From contig OZ220733.1 of assembly GCA_965116875.1 (NCBI GenBank), forward strand, positions 3,328,001-3,392,000: a stretch of DNA of 64,000 nt. Reading direction: 5' to 3'. The stretch's first letter is position 1; the number at the start of each line of letters is the position of its first letter. The stretch comes from Candidatus Latescibacterota bacterium (GTDB taxonomy: Bacteria > Latescibacterota > UBA2968 > GCA-2709665). Below are positions 29,089 through 37,644 of this stretch, one piece after another. The position numbers and the translations under genes are program-made. A model generated the notes under the pieces. That model saw only the letters and a program-made list of their open reading frames with translations, ran no database searches and was not told the origin of the DNA.

Positions 29089-29121
29089 GGGCCGGATCTG
29101 AGTATCGATCGGCCTTTTTTT
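29089..29121 (+). terminator. Intrinsic terminator downstream of infA
   Basis: GGCCGGATC/GATCGGCC stem followed by T7. Confidence 0.65.
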
Positions 29122-29378
29122 GTCTTTGTACAAAAGGACACGCGCAATGATCGGCTGTCAGGAAAGATAATGCCCGTACATGACATACGGGCGAGAAAGG
29201 GAGCAGGCATTCTTTACGACTGACTACGCCGGGCCAATCGCCCGAATACCGCTTACCTGACGCCGAAAAGTCAGTAAGCTCAATGACCACGTTTTGAGAG
29301 GCCGTTTCTACGACTTCAGTGTTGGCGTCGCGTCCTCCGGATTTCGTAAGTCAAGGCTCATGCCACACTTCCGACTAA

Positions 29379-31022
29379 CCCGGATTATTCATAAAAAGAG
29401 GTAGTTTCCTTGTACAAGAGGTTGTTTATCCCTATATTTAGGGGTGACCGAAAAGAACAACCTAAAGAAAGGAAACTACCGTGGAACAAGATAATCAGAC
29501 GGTGATGAAGTTTGCAAGCATAAAGGGCAAGAAGGTCGAAGCGGACTTCGACGGTGGCGTGACCAGCAGCGACGGCGGAGTGATGCTTTTGCGGAAGTTG
29601 GAATCGCGCATGGGCATCGTAGATCGGATCGTCGGTGCGCTTTGTGATGGGCGTCACCAGAGTTATATCGCGCATACCTATCGGGACCTGATCAGACAAC
29701 GGGTGTTCCAGATCGCCTGTGGCTACGAGGATGCCAACGACAGCAACACCCTTCGCTGCGACCCTGCACTGAAGGCCGCGTGCGAGCGGCTGCCGATTAC
29801 GGGGCAGGACCTGGCTTCGCAGCCGACGTTGTCGCGTCTGGAGAACAGCGTGAGCCGCACGAGCCTCTACCGTGTCGGCGATGCATTGGTAGCGGCGTTC
29901 ATCGCCTCGTATGGAAAGCCACCAAAGAAAATCGTGTTGGACATCGACGACACGGATGACCCGACGCACGGGGGTCAGCAACTGTCGTTGTTTCACGGAT
30001 ATTTTGATACGTATTGCTACATGCCGCTGCACCTGTATGAAGGGCAATCGGGCAAACTCATCACGGCACTGTTGCGACCGGGGCGCAGAATGGACGGACG
30101 CACGATGGCGGCGACCTTAAGACGCGTGCTGGATCGGATCTTGGCAGCGTGGCCAAAGGTTCGCATTCTCCTACGTGGCGACGGGCACTTCTCCGCCCCG
30201 GAGGTGCACGACCTATGTAAGGAATATCGCATCGATTTCCTTCTGGGACAGATGGTTAACAACAAGCTCAAAGCCCTCGGCCAACCCCTGATGGACGAAG
30301 TCGCTGCACAGAACCAGGCGGGTAAAGCACCCGTGCGTCTCTTCACGACTTTCGATTATCAGGCCAAGTCCTGGAAGCAGCCGCTGCGGATCGTCTACAA
30401 GGCGGAAATGACCCACGACAAAGCCAACCCTCGCTTTGTCGTCACCAATATCCGCAACCGAACCCCCAAGTTCCTCTACGAGAAGGTCTACTGCGCGCGT
30501 GGTCGCACCGAAGGCTTCATCAAAAACCACAAGACCTATCTGCGTTCCGACAGAACCTCATGCCACCGCTTTTCAGCCAACCAGTTCCGGCTCTTCTTGC
30601 ACAGCGCTGCCTACGTGCTCCTGCACGCCCTCAAAGAATCGGGAATGAAAGGTACCACCTGGGTCAAAGCCAACTTCGATACGATCCAACTGCGCATCCT
30701 GAAAATCGGTGCCCGCGTTCGAGAACACACGACGATGATCAGATTCCACTTCCCGACATCGTATCCAGAGAAGGACTTGGTACGCACCATCATCCACAAT
30801 CTCGATACCGCGTGATGATCACACACCGCAACAGCCCACACATTCCAGATCCCAAGCAACACCAAGGCATCACTGTGACCACAATCAACCACAGTCTCCC
30901 TTGAAACCCATCCCGACAACCTTAAAATCCCAATACCGACTCAACCATCACCATGGCCCTTGCCGAAAACACGCTCTACGACCATCTGCACTCAATTTTA
31001 CACAATTCATGAATTATTCAGG
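29379..31022 (+). mobile_element. Complete IS1380-family insertion sequence (~1.64 kb)
   Basis: Imperfect 14-bp TIRs CCCGGATTATTCAT/ATGAATTATTCAGG; 4-bp TSD CTAA at 29375-29378 and 31023-31026. Confidence 0.9.
29481..30815 (+). CDS. IS1380-family DDE transposase
   Basis: FDGGVTSSDGG, GYEDAND, ASQPTLSRLEN, DIDDTDD, RGDGHF, SCHRFSANQFRL. Confidence 0.95.
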   Translation: MEQDNQTVMKFASIKGKKVEADFDGGVTSSDGGVMLLRKLESRMGIVDRIVGALCDGRHQSYIAHTYRDLIRQRVFQIACGYEDANDSNTLRCDPALKAACERLPITGQDLASQPTLSRLENSVSRTSLYRVGDALVAAFIASYGKPPKKIVLDIDDTDDPTHGGQQLSLFHGYFDTYCYMPLHLYEGQSGKLITALLRPGRRMDGRTMAATLRRVLDRILAAWPKVRILLRGDGHFSAPEVHDLCKEYRIDFLLGQMVNNKLKALGQPLMDEVAAQNQAGKAPVRLFTTFDYQAKSWKQPLRIVYKAEMTHDKANPRFVVTNIRNRTPKFLYEKVYCARGRTEGFIKNHKTYLRSDRTSCHRFSANQFRLFLHSAAYVLLHALKESGMKGTTWVKANFDTIQLRILKIGARVREHTTMIRFHFPTSYPEKDLVRTIIHNLDTA

Positions 31023-31070
31023 CTAAATGGTCGCGAGATTCTTCGACTTCGTCCCAACAGCCGGGTAGGA

Positions 31071-31163
31071 CATCCGCATCACTCCCCCCTTGAGGGGGAG
31101 TCGCAGAAGCCGAGCCGTTCCCTGAGCTTGTCGAAGGGCCGGCGACGGCTGATGCGGTGGGGG
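31071..31163 (+). repeat. Composite REP-like repeat; inverted partner at 32866-33035
   Basis: Hairpins ACTCCCCCCT-TG-AGGGGGAGT and CCCTGAGCTTGTCGAAGGG. Confidence 0.8.
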
Positions 31164-31888
31164 AATTTAACGCCTTTCCATAGACGACCCGCGCGCAACA
31201 AATCCATCCGTTATATTTACTGCGATGGGGTTTTCGCCGCGGGGCCACTACAGGCTTCCGAGGTCCTGGAGGATGCAGCAGCGATCTCCAGGACCTTTTC
31301 CCTATTATGCCTCGCTCAGGCGAACTCGCCGGTCGTTTTTCGGGAAAAACCGGCGTATATTAACAGGGATGTGACAGACATTGGAAATGTGTCCGTTTTA
31401 CGCGAAAACACTCAGCCATTTCTTTGCAAATACCGGGTTTGTAGGGGCATCCCTTGTGGGTGCCCGCATTGCCCAAAAGAGAATGATGTCAGATCTCTCA
31501 CGAATCGACGTTAACCATAACGAGGGAACGCCATGACGACAAAGCGGACCAGGTCGAAGCGCAATGCCGGACGCCCGATAGCCAAACCGTCGTCGAAAAC
31601 GGGCGATGAGTTCCCGGAAGACGTTAAGCGGGCGCCATTGACCTCACGGCAAAGAGTTCCAGGCGGGCGGAAGTACTTGGATCGGAGTCGATGAGGGTTC
31701 GATGTTGTCTGAGGTGACGGACCGAAACCCCGGTCAGATCGAAGACGGAACTGCAAGACCCGTGACCCAAGATCCAGAGAGAGGATCTGTAACCGGATTT
31801 CACCTCTTCGTCCTCTACTTTGTTCCGGTACGCAAACAAACTTTGAACAGATGTCTACTACGCAAGGCATCCATAGAGACAATAGACG

Positions 31889-32155
31889 ATGAAGAGAACG
31901 TTGACCATCGAATACGGCGATGAGGTCTTGTTCGCCCTGGAATATTCACCCGGACAGTTCAGCGAAGAGGCCAAGATCCTCGTCGCAGTCAAGCTCTACG
32001 AGTTGGGACGTTTGTCGTCGGGTGCGGCCGCCAAGCTGGCCGGTATTCCCAAGCCATTGTTCCTGATGAAGTTAGATGACTACGGTGTTGATGCCTTCCA
32101 TCTGACCGAGGAAGACATCCAGCAGGAGCTAGCCGGTGCCCGACGTCATCTGTAA
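31889..32155 (+). CDS. UPF0175-family putative antitoxin
   Basis: AVKLYELGRLSSGAAAKLAGI signature. Confidence 0.85.
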   Translation: MKRTLTIEYGDEVLFALEYSPGQFSEEAKILVAVKLYELGRLSSGAAAKLAGIPKPLFLMKLDDYGVDAFHLTEEDIQQELAGARRHL

Positions 32156-32290
32156 TTCGTCTCTTCTCCAGCACCTGCACCAGGACGACGTGTTGGAACT
32201 CTTGCCCGCACTGGTCGAGCAGGTGTACATTCCGGAAGCAGTGGCTGCGAAGTTTCGATAGGGACGACGGCGAGATTTGCCGCTGCATGC
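32136..32290 (+). pseudogene. Truncated DUF3368/PIN-type toxin remnant
   Basis: GTG overlapping the UPF0175 end reads VPDVICNSSLLQHLHQDDVLELLPALVEQVYIPEAVAAKFR, then stops at 32259-32261. Confidence 0.7.
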
Positions 32291-32349
32291 CAGATAGAAT
32301 TGCGCGCAGGCACGGCCGAGCCAAGCAAAGTCGAGCGAGGAGGTTTTCG

Positions 32350-32676
32350 ATGCCGATAGACGATCAATACGTCAAGAACCTGCCGGACATCTACCGCGAT
32401 ATTCTTGAGACGTATCCCCAGTTCAATTCGACGCGCATTGCCGGCGACGGGCTGGCATACCCATCGCTGTATTCGGCTCTGACAGATGAAAAGAAAGGGC
32501 ACACCTTAGGTCAAATACAAAAGGCTTGTGAAAACATGGCTGATGTGGGTCTTATGGTGATCAAACATGATATATTCGCTTGTCCGACGCCGAAAGGGGA
32601 AGAGTTGATTTCCGCAATTACCGGCCGCAGCGCGCCACCTGTCTCTGACGTTCCCCCTATCGAAGCCCCTCCATAG
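32350..32676 (+). CDS. Hypothetical protein (possible winged helix)
   Basis: GAGGAGG RBS; 108 aa; followed by a strong hairpin. Confidence 0.65.
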   Translation: MPIDDQYVKNLPDIYRDILETYPQFNSTRIAGDGLAYPSLYSALTDEKKGHTLGQIQKACENMADVGLMVIKHDIFACPTPKGEELISAITGRSAPPVSDVPPIEAPP

Positions 32677-32737
32677 ATGTGGAGTAGCCCCACGCAAGGC
32701 TGACATTTGAGTTCGTTTCCTGTCCTGAATTTGCCAA

Positions 32738-32783
32738 ACGAAAGAGCCGTCCATCAGCAATATGGACGGCTCTTTCGTATTTT
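32738..32783 (+). terminator. 17-bp hairpin, probable terminator
   Basis: ACGAAAGAGCCGTCCAT/ATGGACGGCTCTTTCGT followed by ATTTT. Confidence 0.65.
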
Positions 32784-32865
32784 GCGTTGGGCTTTTACAG
32801 CAAAATCTCTACGCAAAATGCGTGCATGTTGATTCGCGCTGTCTATACACGGAAGAACTTGAAAT

Positions 32866-33035
32866 CCCCCCACCGCATCAGCCGTCGCCGGTCCCTTCGG
32901 CATTTCCACAAGCTTGCTTCCACAGGCTAAACATAAGCACCGCAGGTGGGATCAGGGCAGCGCCATCGGCCCTTCTACAGAAATAGGGTACCGGCTCGCC
33001 TTCTGCGACTCCCCCGCAAGGGGGGAGTGATGCGG
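32866..33035 (-). repeat. Inverted copy of 31071-31163 repeat with internal insertion
   Basis: CCCCCACCGCATCAGCCGTCGCCGG...GCTCGCCTTCTGCGACTCCCCCGCAAGGGGGGAGTGATGCGG. Confidence 0.8.
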
Positions 33036-33083
33036 GCGTGCTGAATGCCCCTCCCTGATTTCCCAACTGCGTCTTTACCGTGA

Positions 33084-34025
33084 TCAAGGCACCTGCGCCC
33101 CGACTGTCTCCACGTAGACGGAGAACAGCGACTGGGAGCAGGTCATGAACAGCCGGTTCTTTTTGGCGCCGCCGAAGCAGAGGTTTGCGCAGGGGGCGGG
33201 CAGGTGGATCTTGCCGATGAGGGTGCCGTCCGGTGCGAAGCAGTGCACGCCGTCGTACCCGTCCCCGGCCCAGCATGCCCCCGCCCACAGGTTGCCGTCC
33301 ACATCGGTGCGGATGCCGTCCGCCGACGCGGGGTCCATGTCGGTGAATACGCGACCATTTGAAAGGCGGTCGCCATCCACGTCGAAAACCCGGATGTGGG
33401 CGGGATACTGGGGGCCGTCCGACCGCCCGGTATCGACAATGTAGAGCAGCGACTCATCCGGGCTGAAGCAGATGCCGTTTGGCCGCCGGAAGTCTCCCAC
33501 GACAACCGTCGCTTCACCGGTGTCCGGATCGAGGCGGTACACGTTGGTATGATTCTCGAATTCCGCCCGGTGTCCTTCATAGTTCATCAGAATGCCGTAA
33601 CCGGGGTCCGTAAACCAGATTGACCCGTCGGATCTGACCACAACGTCGTTCGGCGCATTCAACGGCTTTCCATCGTACCTATCCATCAGAACCGTGATCG
33701 AACCGTCGTATTCCGTCCTTGTGAGGCGCCGCGCATCGTGTTCGCACGACAACAGACGGCCCTCACGATCGCGTGTATTCCCGTTTGTGTTGTTCGATGG
33801 CTTGCGGAAGACCGAGACGTCCCCCGTCTCTTCTTCCCACTTGAGGATGCGGTTGTTGGGAATATCGCTGAACAGCAGATAGCGACCGTCTCCAAACCAC
33901 ACCGGGCCTTCCAGCCACCGGCCGCCCGTCCAGAGCATTTCGATCGCTGCGGTCCCGAGTTTGTACTTTGCAAAGCGTTCGTCCAGCACTTCGATGCGGC
34001 TGTCAGGATATCTCACAAGGTCCAT
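33084..34025 (-). CDS. SMP-30/gluconolactonase family protein
   Basis: EGPVW, FSDIP, LNAPND, PNGICFSPD, DGIRTD. Confidence 0.93.
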   Translation of the reverse strand: MDLVRYPDSRIEVLDERFAKYKLGTAAIEMLWTGGRWLEGPVWFGDGRYLLFSDIPNNRILKWEEETGDVSVFRKPSNNTNGNTRDREGRLLSCEHDARRLTRTEYDGSITVLMDRYDGKPLNAPNDVVVRSDGSIWFTDPGYGILMNYEGHRAEFENHTNVYRLDPDTGEATVVVGDFRRPNGICFSPDESLLYIVDTGRSDGPQYPAHIRVFDVDGDRLSNGRVFTDMDPASADGIRTDVDGNLWAGACWAGDGYDGVHCFAPDGTLIGKIHLPAPCANLCFGGAKKNRLFMTCSQSLFSVYVETVGAQVP

Positions 34026-34285
34026 CGTTCCCTTCCCTTCAAATCACCCGACGAGGTCGGGCATCCGGCGAGTGATCGCAGTATTGCAGAAGCATCCGGT
34101 CTGACCGCAGGATGCGGAAAAAACAGTCCACGGAATGGCTTGCAGCGCGTGCGGTTTTCGCGTAATCCGGAGGAAATGTACGTCGGCAAATTGCATCTTC
34201 GAAGCCGTCTTGTCAATGCCTTTACTGGAGGCCGGAATCTGGCAGTCACCCTGGTAAGGTCAGCGGCCGTAAAGGGCGCCGCACC

Positions 34286-34314
34286 TTGACAACTTTTCAG
34301 ACGCCCTTTATATT
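34286..34314 (+). promoter_or_regulatory. Sigma70-type promoter
   Basis: TTGACA-17 nt-TATATT upstream of the 34454 gene. Confidence 0.65.
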
Positions 34315-34453
34315 GAAATTTAGCAGCGGTAAAGGCTCCGGATAAGGCGATCATCGGTCAACTCGTGACGGGTTGCCTGCGTTTCCATCGAAGACGTGCT
34401 TCGATGGCCGGAACGAGTCTCCATGCGGCCGGTAAGGCCTGAAGATTTCCGAT

Positions 34454-35395
34454 ATGACAAAACGCCGTTATATTCGGGGACTGAATCTGGCAACCGTCCT
34501 CGTCTGTCTGTTTTCGCCCGATCAGACCAGGTGCGAGGAGGCGGGCGCCTCCCGTCAGGTGTACCAGGCGGTCAGCCGGCAGGAAATACTGGATGCGATG
34601 CGGCAGTCTGGCGATTACGACCCGACGGCGACGACGAACGGCGCACGTTTTCAATGGGAAGTGATTTTCCATCTCGCGCACCGGGCGTGGGAGCGTGACC
34701 CGCGGGGTGCGCCGCTCTTTATCGATTCGAAACACTGGTTTCGGGCGTTTATGGAGGCGACCGGACGCACGGAAGACGAAATGCCCCTCTACGCGAGGCT
34801 GGCCTACGAATACGAGCAGCACATGGACGTGGAATACAGAATGGATCGAGTGATTCGAAGCGTGATCGAAGGGCCGGCGCCGCGATTGGCGTTGAATGTC
34901 CGTATCTGGTGGGAAGAAAGGGAGGACAAGGCGGATGATTACTCATATCGGGATACGCTGTCAACCCCCACTCTCAAGATTACCATTCGTCGAATGATTT
35001 CGTACCGGCTGCTGGATCTTGGAGACTGGTACGTATGCGATAACATCAGGGGGCTCAGCGGACGTCCGACGTCCGGACTGCTGGGGTTGATCTTCCGGAT
35101 TATCGGCGATGGACGAATCGTACACTCCCGGATCGCAATTTCAGCCGACGGTCTCCAGATTGTCCGCGGGACGTCGAAGAAGGGGTTCATGGCAATGACA
35201 ACCACCGCGACGATTTATCCTGATGGAGAGATGATCAAGGATTTGCCGGATGGCCGGCCCGATTTGAAGGAGTTGAAGAAACGCATCAAGCAGACGCTGA
35301 AAGTTGAATACGTCGAACTACCAGAGGGCAAGTTTGAGATTCCTGTATATCCCGCAGGAAGAACATATGAGCCCATTCTTGGAGGGACCAGATGA
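34454..35395 (+). CDS. Hypothetical exported protein
   Basis: Signal-like N-terminus; long ORF translationally coupled (ATGA) to the next gene. Confidence 0.7.
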   Translation: MTKRRYIRGLNLATVLVCLFSPDQTRCEEAGASRQVYQAVSRQEILDAMRQSGDYDPTATTNGARFQWEVIFHLAHRAWERDPRGAPLFIDSKHWFRAFMEATGRTEDEMPLYARLAYEYEQHMDVEYRMDRVIRSVIEGPAPRLALNVRIWWEEREDKADDYSYRDTLSTPTLKITIRRMISYRLLDLGDWYVCDNIRGLSGRPTSGLLGLIFRIIGDGRIVHSRIAISADGLQIVRGTSKKGFMAMTTTATIYPDGEMIKDLPDGRPDLKELKKRIKQTLKVEYVELPEGKFEIPVYPAGRTYEPILGGTR

Positions 35396-36222
35396 GCGAG
35401 CGTACAAGCGACGCAAGATATACGATGGGGCGCAGCAAGGGGGAAGAGGAGCGTTTGATACACCAGTCGCAGCTGTACGATGCGATCACCCGTCGTTTTC
35501 TGATTGAAGCGGGTGTCGTAAGCGGCATGCGGGTACTCGATATCGGCTCCGGTCCCGGCGACGTCTCTCTCACGGCGGCTGAACTGGTAGGTCCCGATGG
35601 GGCCGTCGTGGGCGTGGACGTCAATCCGGCCATCATCGACACCGCTCAGGACCGGGCGCGAGCGGCAGGCTTTTCAAACGTGGAATTCAAGGTGGGCGAC
35701 GCCCGGACGCTGGACGTGGGAAGCGACTTCGACGTGCTGATGGGCAGGCTCGTGCTGATGTATATGGGCGATCCTTCGGAAGCCCTCAGGGAGTTGTCAA
35801 CCCGGCTGCGACCGGGCGGAATCGTGGCGTTCCAGGAGGCAGATTTCAGCTACTATCGCAAGCAACCCGATACGCCCGTCGCGAATGATCTGATCGAATG
35901 GGCCATCTCTGTTTTCGAACGATCCGGTGCCCACACCGAAATGGGGATCAACCTGTACGGCGCGTTTGTAGACGCGGGACTGCCCGAGCCGGAAATGGAT
36001 CTCGCGGCGCCGGTTGGCGGGCCGGAGTACTGGACGGGGTACCGGTTCGTGGTGGAAGCATTTCGCAGCATGGTACCGCTCATCGAAGAATTCGGGTTGG
36101 CAACGGCAGAAGAGGTGGATCTGGATACGCTGGCAGACAGGCTCCGAAACGAGGTGGTGTCGACCAAACGCGCGTTCATGCTCCCTCCCCACGTGACCGC
36201 GTGGGCGGTGCTGCCGGGTTGA
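35392..36222 (+). CDS. Class I SAM-dependent methyltransferase
   Basis: VLDIGSGPG, LRPGGIVAFQE. Confidence 0.9.
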   Translation: MSERTSDARYTMGRSKGEEERLIHQSQLYDAITRRFLIEAGVVSGMRVLDIGSGPGDVSLTAAELVGPDGAVVGVDVNPAIIDTAQDRARAAGFSNVEFKVGDARTLDVGSDFDVLMGRLVLMYMGDPSEALRELSTRLRPGGIVAFQEADFSYYRKQPDTPVANDLIEWAISVFERSGAHTEMGINLYGAFVDAGLPEPEMDLAAPVGGPEYWTGYRFVVEAFRSMVPLIEEFGLATAEEVDLDTLADRLRNEVVSTKRAFMLPPHVTAWAVLPG

Positions 36223-37498
36223 GCGAATTCCGGCCGCCGGCGCGGATGCCCTCTCTTTCGTCCACCCACTTCAGAATCACGCCTCCGGTTACGAACAAGA
36301 CAGCCACGATCGATATGCCGACGCGCTGGGACTGGAAGGCGCGGGTGAGTTCGCCGAGGACGAGAGGTCCCAGAAAAGCCGTGGCCTTGCCCGAAAAGGC
36401 GAATAGCCCGAAGAACTCGTTCTCCTTCTCAGGCGGCACAAACCGTCCGAGGAGCGAACGGCTGGCCGATTGGTTGGGACCCGCGAAGAAACCGGCCATG
36501 ATGCCGGAAATCCAGAAGACGGTCTTGCTGTGGGTGAAGACCGCCATCAGCGTCGCCAGGATGAGAAACACGAGGCTCACCTGAATGGTGCGTTTGCCGC
36601 CCAGTAGATCGTCCAGGAAACCCATCGCGAAGGCGCCGATTCCGGCCGCGACGTTCAGGACGATTCCGAAGACCATGATTTCGGTAAAACTGAATCCGAA
36701 CGTCCCCGCCGCGTAGATTCCGCCGAAGGAGAAGATTGTGATGAGTCCGTCGTTGTAAAACAGGCGGGCGATCAGCAGCTTGAGGATTTCCCTGTACTGA
36801 CCGGCTTCCCGAAACGTCCGGACGAGCTGGCGATACGAGAACGACAGGACTCCGCGCATCTGTGAGGCGCGGGTTTTCTTTTGCCTGACCCAGAGGAATA
36901 TCGGGATGCTGAAGACCGCGAACCAGGCGGCAACCAGCAGGTTGGTCGCGCGGATATTCGCGCCCGCCTCTTTCGTGAAACCGAACCAGGGCGTTTCCGG
37001 ACTCACAAAGCCGACCATCGCAATGGCCATTGCCAGGAGACCGCCAATATAGCCCAAGCCCCAGCCGTAACCGGATATGCGACCGATGTATTCCCTGGGC
37101 GCGATGTCCGGAAGAAAGGCATTGTAGAAGACGTTGCCCATTTCAAACGCGAAATTCGCCACGGCGAACCAGAGCAGCGCCTTCAAAACCTGGCCCGGCA
37201 ATGCCGTGTAAAGGCCGGTGGTGGCAACGACCGCAATCATCGTGGAGAGGAGGAGAAAACCCTTGCGGTAACCGCCCCTGTCCGCCACGGCGCCGGCCAA
37301 CGGCGAGACCAGCGCCACCGCGATGGCAGAAAAGGTGACGCCCCTGGACCAGAGCGTGGTGCCGACGATTTCGTCTGGCGCGAGGGATTTCACAAAGTAC
37401 GTGGAATAGATGAACGTGACCACGAGGGTGGTGAAGGCGGAGTTGGCAAAGTCGTACATCGCCCAGGATGCGATGGTTTTCTTGTCAATCCTGTTCAA
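36176..37498 (-). CDS. MFS transporter (UMF1/Atg22-like)
   Basis: SWAMYDFANSAF, FYNAFLP, QSASRS; about 12 hydrophobic segments. Confidence 0.9.
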   Translation of the reverse strand: MNRIDKKTIASWAMYDFANSAFTTLVVTFIYSTYFVKSLAPDEIVGTTLWSRGVTFSAIAVALVSPLAGAVADRGGYRKGFLLLSTMIAVVATTGLYTALPGQVLKALLWFAVANFAFEMGNVFYNAFLPDIAPREYIGRISGYGWGLGYIGGLLAMAIAMVGFVSPETPWFGFTKEAGANIRATNLLVAAWFAVFSIPIFLWVRQKKTRASQMRGVLSFSYRQLVRTFREAGQYREILKLLIARLFYNDGLITIFSFGGIYAAGTFGFSFTEIMVFGIVLNVAAGIGAFAMGFLDDLLGGKRTIQVSLVFLILATLMAVFTHSKTVFWISGIMAGFFAGPNQSASRSLLGRFVPPEKENEFFGLFAFSGKATAFLGPLVLGELTRAFQSQRVGISIVAVLFVTGGVILKWVDEREGIRAGGRNSLNPAAPPTRSRGEGA

Positions 37499-37644
37499 GA
37501 GCGAAGGATCCCCCTTTTATGCGCAAGGGCGACCGGCCGGTCGCCCTTGCATAGAAAACAACCATATCTCTGTTGATCTCGCCCGGCAATATCGCTTGCC
37601 GGTTCAAGCTGACGGCAGATCGCGAACTGCTGACAGCTTTTCGC

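Noticed and set aside
31164-31888. Short ORFs between the repeat and UPF0175
   Set aside because: No motifs or convincing RBS; probably decayed sequence.
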